The notes under the pieces were generated by a model. The model was not told the origin of the DNA. It ran no database searches and worked only from the letters and a program-made list of their open reading frames with translations. From Trichinella spiralis (lineage: Eukaryota), in assembly GCF_000181795.1 (NCBI RefSeq), contig NW_003526947.1, forward strand, positions 523,259-543,258: 20,000 nt of DNA. The letters run 5' to 3'. Numbering within the stretch: the stretch's first letter is position 1; every line of letters starts with the position of its first letter. Positions 1-9,330 of the stretch are shown here, in pieces. Both the position numbers and the translations under genes were made by a program.

Positions 1-16
1 GTTACAAATTTTTTAG

Positions 17-88
17 AGTTTGTGTACGGTAGAGGGTTTGGAATTGGAAAAGGAAAAGAACGCATTCACGAAAATTGCCAACTATCGG
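17..88 (+). CDS. Guanylyl cyclase exon (SLCTVEG...FTKIANYR)
   Basis: ttttag acceptor at 11-16, GT donor at 89; continues in frame into GQIVAVK. Confidence 0.8.
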
Positions 89-3041
89 GTATGGGCAGTT
101 TAGTTGCTTGCTTTGCTTCATCTCGTCCAGTGCCAATTAATTAATTAATAGTATAACACTTTTTGTTGCTGGTCATTTGTGTGCAGGGTCAAATTGTCGC
201 CGTGAAAATGTTGAACATTCAACGAAATCGTATCGAACTCAGCCGCAAGCTGCTTATTGAATTGAAAAAAGTATATTTTTTTTTTTTTGAAAAAACGTTT
301 CCATCTATTGCGGGCGTGAATTGTTGTTGTTAAGCTTGTGGACAATTTTTGCTTGTTTATTTTCTGTTTTGCTTTTCAGATGAAAGACTTGTCCCATGAG
401 CATGTTACCAGATTTGTCGGAGCCTGCATCGACTCGCCTCATTATTGCATTGTCACGGAATATTGTCCCAAAGGCAGTCTTCAGGTAATGATGATTTTCT
501 ATTTCTTATTTTCTTCTTCTTCTTCTTATTTTTCACATTTCACTACTTATGCACAGGATATATTGGAAAATGCCGGCATCAAATTGGACAAGATGATGAT
601 CTATTCCCTGATGCACGACATAATCAAAGTAGTTTATTTTATTATTGCTTTTTTCTTTTTTTTTCTTGTCATTTTCCTCTTTCACAGTATTGTTGATATG
701 TGCAGTAAGTAGTATGATCCAGTTATCATTTTTTGAAAAACTAACTAATGGAAAATGAGTTCCAAAAAATCTGAAATATCTCACTCAGATATATTGTTTT
801 CTTTAAATCACACGATTCTCATGATTAACGTTTACCACACCCACACACATGCATCGGTACGGTTTCCAGGGTATGGTATTCATACATTCCACTGATATTC
901 GCTCGCATGGGAAATTGAAGTCGACAAATTGTGTAGTGGACAGTCGCTTTGTGTTGAAAATAACTGACTTTGGCTTGAATCATATTCACGAGCTTGAGAC
1001 GGTGAAAGAGGATTTTCTGTCCAATTCATTTTGGAGAGGTAGGTACACATTTTGTGGAACAGATTTGACCAATGAATGCGCAAATAAAATTAATTGTACA
1101 TTTTATTTCAGCAAAACTGTGGACTGCTCCGGAACTTCTACGGTTAGATTGTCCACCGATGGGTGGAACGCAGAAAGGGGACGTTTACAGTTTTGCTATA
1201 ATTTTGCACGAAATGTTGTTTCGTCGAGGTGTATTTTACACCAGTGATGAAAACAGTTTTGCGAGAGGTAATAATATTTGTACAATGATGATTGCTAAAA
1301 ATTTGTACTTTTCTCTGTTCTGCACGTTTAGCCACACTTCACACACGCATACTGATTGATTGACTGATTCAATTATAAAATTTATATTTTACTTTATTGC
1401 AGACATTGTGGAAAACGTTCGCATGGGTATGCAGCCACCTTTCAGACCGACCGTTTTGGAAACGTCGTTCGATGGGGTGATTATCAGTTTGATGGTTCGC
1501 TGTTGGTCAGAGAATCCTGACGACCGACCGGACTTTCGAATGATCAGAAAACAAGTGATCTCATTGACCAGGTGCAGTGTATAATATATGATTGATTGAG
1601 CATTTTTGTTTTGAATTTGTTTTTTCAAAAATTCAGAGAATTCGAAACGTCGAACATTGTCGACAACTTGTTACGACGTATGGAGCAATATGCGAACAAT
1701 TTGGAAAGCTTAGTTCAAGAACGCACGGCCGACTACCTCCAAGAGAAGCAGAAAGCGGAAAATTTGCTCTATCAGCTGTTGCCCAAGTAAATTTTATCAT
1801 TTTGCATGTTCTTCTTCTTCTTCTTCTTGTCAACTGATGAAAATTGTGAACAATGTTCGCTATTTTGCGTGCATTTCATCATTGTAGATCCGTTGCGTCA
1901 CAGTTGATCAAAGGGGAACCGGTAAAAGCTGAAGCGTTCGACTGTGTGACTATTTATTTCAGTGATATTGTCGGCTTCACTAGCCTCTGCGCGGATAGCA
2001 CCCCGATGGAGGTGAGTTTCATTATCAGTTCATTTATATTTGCTCTGTTGGTATCGTTTGTAAAAGTAAATTAAAAGATTCCAACAATAAATCTATAATA
2101 AATGCAATAGAATATGCTGAAAAATTTTGACACCAGCCCATTATGCAAAAAGAAGGTGCATTTTGATTTCTATTTCCAACTTATTATTTCAATCATAGCA
2201 TGCTGTATATATTTTGAAATTTTACAAATGAAAAATAATAATAATATTTGTTAATATGAATTTTTTGAAAACACATTCAAATCAAATCAAATTTATTTCT
2301 ATTCGTTGACTGATATGCTGAATTGGTGGTATATATTTAGGTTGTTAATTTGCTGAATGACTTGTACACTTGTTTTGACTCGATCATCGAAAACTACGAT
2401 GTATACAAGGTGAGAAATAGTGCTGTGCAGTTTGCCATTATTATTACTGATCAATTTTTAAAAAATATAAAAATATCGTTAAAAAAGTTTCAGTGATTTA
2501 CTGTTTTGTACGCATGTATGTATGTATGTATGTATGTATGTGTGTGTATGTGTATTAGGTGGAGACGATCGGTGATGCTTATATGGTTGTATCTGGATTG
2601 CCAAGAAAGAACGGTGTTGCTCATGCCTTTGAAATTGCTCGCATGGCGTTGGCCTTGTTGAGCGCTGTTCGTTGTTTCACTATTGTTCACAGGCCGAAAG
2701 AGCAGCTCAAGTTGCGCATCGGGATTCACTCGGGTCCGGTGTGTGCCGGGGTTGTGGGCCTGAAAATGCCAAGATACTGCCTGTTCGGTGACACGGTTAA
2801 CACGGCTAGTCGAATGGAGTCAAATGGATTGCGTACGTTGACTGACGAAATTGCTTGGCAATTATTTAATTTTTATTATTTTTTTCTAGCACTGAAGATC
2901 CACGTAAGTTCTGCAACCAAAACGTTGCTTGATTCGTTCAACTGTTTCCAGCTCGAATATCGAGGGGAAGTGGTGATGAAAGGCAAAGGAGCTCAGGTGA
3001 CTTACTGGCTTTTGGAACCAACTGAGAACCATGTCACCTAA
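17..3041 (+). CDS. Receptor (membrane) guanylyl cyclase, natriuretic-peptide-receptor-like; 3' part of gene (kinase-homology domain, linker helix, cyclase domain), 5' end outside window
   Basis: Twelve GT-AG exons join in frame: 17-88, 187-270, 380-484, 557-628, 870-1038, 1112-1267, 1403-1571, 1637-1786, 1888-2011, 2341-2409, 2559-2832, 2890-3041 (1596 nt). Kinase-homology motifs: [40 protein letters not shown] (no catalytic HRD Asp, so a pseudokinase), LWTAPE, GDVYSF. Linker: MEQYANNLE. Cyclase: [41 protein letters not shown]. The Glu in KVETIG and Cys in RYCLFG are the established GTP-specificity residues. Confidence 0.97.
187..270 (+). CDS. Guanylyl cyclase exon (GQIVAVK...LLIELKK)
   Basis: AG at 185-186, GT at 271; kinase subdomain II VAVK motif. 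Confidence 0.92.
380..484 (+). CDS. Guanylyl cyclase exon (MKDLSHEH...KGSLQ)
   Basis: ttttcag acceptor, gtaatg donor; kinase-homology motifs. Confidence 0.95.
557..628 (+). CDS. Guanylyl cyclase exon (DILEN...HDIIK)
   Basis: cag acceptor, GT at 629; joins GMVFIH. Confidence 0.92.
870..1038 (+). CDS. Guanylyl cyclase exon (GMVFIH...ITDFGL...FWR)
   Basis: ttccag acceptor, gtaggt donor; HGKLKS and DFG motifs. Confidence 0.95.
1112..1267 (+). CDS. Guanylyl cyclase exon ([10 protein letters not shown]...GDVYSF...FAR)
   Basis: tttcag acceptor, gtaata donor; phase consistent with neighbours. Confidence 0.95.
1403..1571 (+). CDS. Guanylyl cyclase exon (IVENVR...[12 protein letters not shown]...LT)
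   Basis: ttgcag acceptor, GT at 1572; kinase subdomain XI CW..P..RP.F. Confidence 0.93.
1637..1786 (+). CDS. Guanylyl cyclase exon (linker helix, [18 protein letters not shown]...QLLP)
   Basis: ttcag acceptor, gtaaat donor; typical receptor guanylyl cyclase linker. Confidence 0.95.
1888..2011 (+). CDS. Guanylyl cyclase exon (SVASQL...FSDIVGFT...TPME)
   Basis: tgtag acceptor, gtgagt donor; first metal-binding Asp. Confidence 0.96.
2341..2409 (+). CDS. Guanylyl cyclase exon ([23 protein letters not shown])
   Basis: tttag acceptor, gtgaga donor; conserved cyclase segment not shown in the ORF track. Confidence 0.96.
2514..2554. repeat. (TATG)n/(TG)n microsatellite in an intron
   Basis: Directly visible, abutting the acceptor AG at 2557-2558. 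Confidence 0.9.
2559..2832 (+). CDS. Guanylyl cyclase exon (VETIGDAYM...[20 protein letters not shown])
   Basis: ttag acceptor, gtacgt donor; cyclase signature. Confidence 0.96.
2890..3041 (+). CDS. Guanylyl cyclase last coding exon (LKIHVS...MKGKG...TYWL...stop)
   Basis: T-rich tract ending ctag; [10 protein letters not shown] motif; TAA at 3039-3041. Confidence 0.95.
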
Positions 3042-3091
3042 CCGTTCGTCTGTCCAGAGATCACTTTTTACACTACGTTTCTGTTTTTTTT

Positions 3092-3158
3092 TCTCTCTCT
3101 CTCTCTCCTTCTCCAAAGTACTTATTTTTACTATTATTATTATTATTATTATTATTAT
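3092..3158. repeat. (CT)n and (TTA)n microsatellites in the probable 3' UTR
   Basis: Directly visible at about 3092-3107 and 3133-3158. Confidence 0.9.
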
Positions 3159-3302
3159 CATGTTTCCTTAGCCTGTGCCATTTCAGCACGAAATTAGCTC
3201 ATTTCACACAATTTACAACTTATTAAAAGTGCTCTACGATTTACTTTCTACGTTGCATTACTTCTGCGCTTTACATCAGTTTTCGAAATTTTGAAACAAT
3301 GC

Positions 3303-3308
3303 AATAAA
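3303..3308 (+). terminator. Candidate polyadenylation signal of the cyclase gene
   Basis: First AATAAA after the stop codon (another at 3483); weak evidence in AT-rich DNA. Confidence 0.35.
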
Positions 3309-3660
3309 TTTAGCCAAAACTGCAAGTATACATCTTCCACGCTTGGCAGTAATAGTTCAGTTCTGCGATGCTCTTCATTTTTGCACGCTTCGGTTATATC
3401 CGCTTGCATATACAATTATTATACCATCTTCTCATTGTTTTGTATATAATATCATTCAGAAACAACCGTCAAAATGATCGTCAATAAAATAAATATATGA
3501 ATGAAAATTTTCATTTTCAACGCTTAACACAATGTCAACATAATTTCAATTCGAGCGAACTCGTAATCAACTAACTAATCACAAATCAGAAACATTTCAT
3601 ACAACTAACAAATCATGAATAATAAATAATTCAATAAATAAGGCCTTATTAAGCGTAATA

Positions 3661-3711
<51 letters not shown>

Positions 3712-3716
3712 ATATA
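3661..3716. repeat. (TA)n microsatellite
   Basis: Directly visible. Confidence 0.95.
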
Positions 3717-4710
3717 CGCATTGTTTTGCAGCAAAACAAACATGCCTGCGGAAAATGTGCTGTAATTATTTCATTACTGTACAACAGAATGACAAAATAT
3801 GCGCAATTACGCTTTGGGCATAGCTAAAAAAATTGTTGCATCATGCAATTCTTGCAGTAGTGGAAAGGCTTAATGCAAAGTGCGTATCTTTTCACATAAT
3901 TGAAATCAAAAGAGGAGCAGTCAAGTCAGTGTACGTGAAGAAACACTGATCTTCGATTTAATATTATATTTCTAGAATTGTTGTGTTTGAAATTTAACAT
4001 TGTAGAATAAGATTGTTGAACTGAAAATATTGCACTGATGAAAGAAATGCTTTTTGTTTAAACCACTTTCGCTAGAGCCTGATAATCTGAATCCGCTACC
4101 ATAATCTGAAGTTGGTTGGTTGTGACGCCAGAGTTCCGTTTTACGCATGCGTTCAAGTGAGTGTTTGGTGTTTTGACGGTTTGAATGCGATTGTGTCTGA
4201 CTGTATGTGCTCCGATCATGCAGTGGTCATCCCTGAATAAATCTCAACTTCCATGTGTTTTGTTGTTCTCGAATTACAGCTCACTTTTCTAATCCTGAGA
4301 AGGGTCAGAGACTTAGTCGCGCACAGTCCTTGATGATACATATTTAAAATGTTCAGAAGGAATACCTGTCTCGTTATAGTTTGCACAATCATATTATTTT
4401 CATGAATTGAGTGGTTTTCTGCACTTGAACATTTTCATGTACCGTGCTTTGTCGAGTTGAGAATAGGCTTCATTTGCGGAAAGCAAAATGACTGAATAAT
4501 TTTTCGATCATTTATAAGGCCAATAATAACATTTATTGAGTTGTAACAGCTTTTCTTGCTCTACTATATAGTAATGTATGTGGTCGTGAAAGCAATCAAA
4601 AAGGAGATCCAGGTCGAAAGGAAGAAAATGGGACAGGTGCCAATACCAGATTGATTTTTTACGTTAGCTGATTTGAATTCAAAAACCCGCGTCGAATTAG
4701 CGGTACAATC

Positions 4711-4714
<4 letters not shown>

Positions 4715-4762
<48 letters not shown>

Positions 4763-4766
4763 ATAT
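4715..4766. repeat. (TA)n microsatellite
   Basis: Directly visible. Confidence 0.95.
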
Positions 4767-5484
4767 TGGGATTGAGGCGCGTTGTGCAATAGCTCCTGTG
4801 CGTGTTGTTAGTGCTTATATTTGTCTGTGAATAAACGTTAAAGTCCAGTGATATGCCTCGCGTCAGTAACTGGCAGAAGCTAACCGTAACACTGGGAATT
4901 AGAATATATTGAGTTTAACTGCATATTTGAGAATAGCAGCGCAGGGATGAGAAAAATGGAAGAGATGAAATCTACTGGAGCCCATCGAAATACAATACAC
5001 TATTTGATGCTATTTCTATTTAATAACAGTCTGAATTTTCATTTTCAACATATTCTTTGACCAGTTGTCGTAGCATATCCTTGCCCTCTTTGCAAGGTTG
5101 CTGCATTAGTGAAAACGTTACGTATAGTATGTGCAAGTGAAGAATGCAAAGCAAGTGCAGCGTTCACTATCATTTTTCTTCATCTGCCCCACAGTATCCT
5201 CCAAGAAGATAAATCTAATCAAACTTTAGTATATAGTACACGTTGCTTCTGGGCAAATCCATTTTCAGACCACAAAACTGAGTCGATTAAAGATGCGTAA
5301 TTGGAATAGATGTTAATCTGCGTTAAAACAAAACGTTATTTTTGGCTGAGAATATTGAATTCCATTGTAAAAATTAATGAAATGATTCTATATGCATATT
5401 TAATGGGCATGTCTGTTTTATATGTTTTCATCAGGGATGGTGCGGAAAAGTTCGTAGTAGTTTGCTATTAATTTCTGATCGAAA

Positions 5485-5700
5485 TAAATCAATTGCTGTA
5501 TTTTTTAGAGAAGCGCGTTTTCTCGAAAACTGCAAAATTTCATGGGCTATGGACTTGGCTGTTTTGCGAAAAACGGCGGATTGCTATTTTTCAAAATTTA
5601 GACGTTTTTTGATTGCTAGACTTTCACACTGATCGATGAAAATGTTATGCAGAGTTTCATCGGCAACTGCCCAGTAATTGTGGAATTAATGACTTCTAAA
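5485..5700 (+). repeat. Dispersed repeat family Y, copy 1
   Basis: Colinear with 16589-16808 and 16855-17020; shared blocks such as aaatcaattgc, ttctcgaaaa.tgcaaaatttcatgg, ttgtggaa. Confidence 0.8.
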
Positions 5701-7010
5701 TGTGGCGATTTGCCAGTCGAATATAATTCATCACCTCTACACTACCTTATTGATTCTCTGGAAGAAGCTTCATGCAAATTTTCATTTGTTTGTTCTTTGT
5801 ACGCTTATTTAGCTTAAGTTTCTCTGATTGATATTAAACTTCTTACGGTGTGTTTGCAATGACTGTCTCGACAGTTCGAAGCGGAAAATTCCTGTATTAG
5901 CAGGTTTGGTATTTCCTTATTGTTGTATGTTTTTCTAATTAATTTTTCTGCATTTATAGAAAATGCTGTAGACCTGATGTATATGAACAAAGAGAAGATG
6001 TTGTTGGTTTAGTAAACGTGTTTGTTATATCTTGAATTTTAATTTGAATTTCTGATAATATTTTTTTTCTATAGTTTTCATAAATGTGAGCTGTAACTTA
6101 TTGTGATGTTTATTAATCGGTGTAGTTTATTGTAATTATAGAATGTCTCACCCTAAGTAAAATATGTGATTTTAGTAAATTGTATAGCTTATCACGTTTG
6201 AACATACAATTAGCGTAGGAACGTTTAAACATCACAAACAATGTAATCAACAGTTATCAGAGAGCAATGCTACTAATGGAGATATTATTGTTTTACTATG
6301 CATATAATTTCCTCTTTTTGAGATAAATTTTGTAATGCAAAACTATAATTCAGGTTCTCTTAAATTAAGAAGACATAAACATAGTATGGTTGTAAGAAAA
6401 TAATTAGCTTTGGTTATGTGCAATAGAATAATTGTAGATAACGGGTTTTTATATTTTATAAATGGAATTTGAATCTCATCAATGCATGCTAATGTATGCC
6501 GTGTTGGAAAGCAGTACGGTAAACGGAAGCTTTATTAGATAATATAGTTTTTAAATAGTCTAGAAATTTATTGAAAATTAATTAGAAAATTTAAAATACA
6601 ACGTTAGTGCATTACTATGACTTTTCATTGCTAATTAATAAGTTAAACTGCACTGCTTAGAAAATGGCATTCTTTTTTCAGTTTAAGCGACTGTTGTAAC
6701 TTTTCATATATGTTTGAAAAACATTGATTAGAATGCTTCAAACAATGGAATAGCAAAAATGGGATGTAATGTATTACATTAGAAACTAATAAGATGTTCT
6801 AATTCCGTAATTGTAACTAATCGTCAAATGTTTCGAAACTAATATAATATTGCGTAAGTACAAAGAAAAGATTCATTGCAAGAATTTTTTTGTTATTGTA
6901 TCGAATGTATTGCGATTCTACTAATTTAGGTTTCTTGACGATCAATTGAATGGAATTCCTGAAATTATTACTGCTAAATGATCACTATCTCCTGTGAATC
7001 TAATCTTATT

Positions 7011-7685
7011 CGTTGAAAATGTTTGCCTTGCTAAAAAGCAAACATTTCACACATTGCGGTCCCAATTACCATCTATTTCACGCAATAACCTTCAATTAAT
7101 ATTAAATGCATGGTTATTTGAATTTACCATCGCCAAGTAATAATGACAGAACTGCCATTTGCATAATAAGTATTTAATGTAGCTGACCGCGGTGAAAATT
7201 GATTTGAAATGCTAAGAAATTGAATAATTTCACAATTCATGTCAAATCATTGGGCTCAAGCATGGTATTTGTTCGAATCTTTCGAGAAATCCTCCAGTTT
7301 TTACGGTAAAACATATTCCATGCTTCACAGAAACTACAGCATATTGTAAAATAATTTTATGATTAGTGTAAGCAACTGAGTGCCACTTTTACGTATGGAA
7401 ATTTTCAATAACCCGCAATCGATGGCATTTTGAGATATTTGATAAAGTTGCCGGTTTGAGCATTTGAAATTTATAGAAAAAAACGACTGCCATATTGCAC
7501 GAAATAGCTTTCTAATGTGATAATTTTGAATAATTCTCATCTTCGAATTGTATTAAGTCAAAAAAATTCAGGAAACAACGGTTTTTGTTTTTGAAAGTTA
7601 TTGTTTTTTAAATGAAAGTCAGGAACAATTCTTATTAAAATCGATTCCTTTTTTCGGGTGAAAACATTCATAATTTTGTTCATAA
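7011..7685 (+). repeat. Diverged repeat family X, copy 1
   Basis: Nearly gapless alignment by eye (roughly two-thirds identity) to 15727-16390, e.g. aaaaagcaaacatttca, gccatttgcataa, agcatttgaaatttatagaa. Confidence 0.85.
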
Positions 7686-7926
7686 CATTGATAATGAACT
7701 CTGTAAAATATTTGAATAACAATTAGAAACTATTTGCCATACTCAATTAAGTGTTCAATTTCAATTTTGCAATTATCAAATTTGAATTTGAAAAATAACT
7801 TCTACTCTAATTAATTTAACACTATGAGTGTCACTTTAAACAAGTGAGTGTCATTTGAAAATTAATTTTTTCAATAAAAATAGCCATAAATGCGGATAAT
7901 GAAAAATGTTATAAGGCATTTCTATT

Positions 7927-8167
7927 CCATTCCTACTGGCAGGTAGAATGGTTGATTGTTCTTCATCTACTGCCGGCCGATATAGCAAAATCAGCACGCC
8001 TAGAAGGGGTCAGAACGCGTAGTGTACAAATACACTAAAACCTATGTTGCCTACTGAATTAGCCTGAAAGCGGCTGAAAATAACAAAATCAGCACGCCTA
8101 GAAGGCATTCAGTTCTAACCCCAATGGTCAGCTGAGTATTGCAACCAAAATACAAGGCTGCAATCTC
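7927..8167. ncRNA. Candidate structured RNA of unrecognised family, copy 1
   Basis: Relatively GC-rich island with nested stems: 7936-7976 hairpin, 8006-8016/8112-8122, 8020-8026/8031-8037, 8053-8059/8107-8113, 8061-8064/8072-8075, 8096-8098/8104-8106, 8134-8167 hairpin. Transcription is not shown. Confidence 0.35.
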
Positions 8168-8594
8168 GAAGATGTGCAGCAGACTTAGATAATAAAGTAA
8201 AGACAAATGAAAAGACATTTGATTGTGCCAAGTGGAAGATAAATTCCACCTTTTATAAAGGCGTTAAAGCTATATATTTGCTATATAATTGCGCTTCAAC
8301 TGAGCATTACAGATATAAAAGTAAAAACAAGACAACTACTAAATGATTAATGTTGGAGTTGAATAAAATATTATGTGACAATTTCAGTCGATAGCTGTGG
8401 TGAATAAAATATAAATTACTGTTGAAACTGAAAGATAAGTTCAATTTTGGCAAGATTACAATAAGCAAGAAAGTGGTCAGCATTGCTCGCTATCAATGGC
8501 AAAGAACAACACAATTTTAATTTCTTTTTTCTTTCCCACCCCCTTTAAAAGTTAAATTACAAAAATTTGATTGTCTAGTTCAAGTACTGTACTG

Positions 8595-8986
8595 TACTTG
8601 TTATTTGAATAAACAGGACTTGCTGTATTTGCAAAGAGTAATGTAATAAAGGTCAATTTTACGATAAATGATTGATTTATCCATGCATTAGATGTATGAA
8701 GCATAGAAGAAAATTGTAAGAAAAGAAGAAAAAGAAAAAAGTACTGTTATTTGAATGGTTTCATGGCAAGTTTATGCAAATATAACAGTTGAAGAAGTAT
8801 GTATTGATGAGGAAATTGAGAAAATTAATTCTGTAAAATATTTGAATAACAATTAGAAACTATTTCCCATACACAATTAAGTGTTCAGTTTCAATTTTGC
8901 AATTATCAAATTTGAATTAAAAATAACTTCTGCTCTAAATAATTTAACATTATGAGGTTACTTTAAAGAAGTCAATGCTGTCATTT
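8595..8986 (+). repeat. ~390-bp direct repeat R
   Basis: Matches 11436-11825, 12563-12909, 14567-14959 and partly 7693-7856. Confidence 0.9.
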
Positions 8987-9099
8987 AAACAAGTTTGAAT
9001 GCCAAATTGTTTAAACACTTTAAAGCATGAGTTACGTCTTGTATGCCGCGTTCTTTAGTTCTTATCAAAGTTCGAGCTTGATAGTTGCACTGAATTGCG

Positions 9100-9330
9100 A
9101 TGTGGAAGGAAGGTACTTTCGCGCTTTTCGTGCTTTCCGCTTTGTGCGTGTTGGTCGCATTTGGGTATATGATTTACAGAGCAGTAAAGTTGGGGAAGAA
9201 GGAAAGAAAAAAGAAGATCCAGCAGACAAAGCAAAACGTGAATAAATTCCTTGACTTGCTACCACCACCGGGACAGACGGCGCCGTTGGACAGTGAAATT
9301 CTTCAACAAATGCTTGAGCAGTCGTCATGA
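9100..9330 (+). CDS. Hypothetical 76-aa single-pass membrane protein, copy 1
   Basis: True ATG; hydrophobic residues 7-26 then RAVKLGKKERKKK; GC above flanks; AATAAA at 9431; nucleotide sequence appears identical in all three copies. Confidence 0.6.
   Translation: MWKEGTFALFVLSALCVLVAFGYMIYRAVKLGKKERKKKIQQTKQNVNKFLDLLPPPGQTAPLDSEILQQMLEQSS

Noticed and set aside
145..3161. Minus-strand and alternative-frame ORFs over the cyclase gene
   Set aside because: Shadows of the real exons or translations of microsatellites and T-rich introns
7936..8010. Twister or HDV-like ribozyme suggested by tactgccgg and ggccggc
   Set aside because: The required partner strands and pseudoknot or core residues are absent; no hammerhead CUGANGA...GAAA core either
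8008..8083. tRNA-sized 76-nt segment between the 22-bp repeats
   Set aside because: No acceptor stem or T-loop GTTC motif on either strand
8048..8090. U12 snRNA resemblance (tgcct...gaaaataac)
   Set aside because: Lacks the branch-site-pairing GUAAGGA motif
7986..8105. CRISPR-like repeat-spacer-repeat
   Set aside because: Only two repeats, a 76-bp spacer, eukaryotic context and no cas genes
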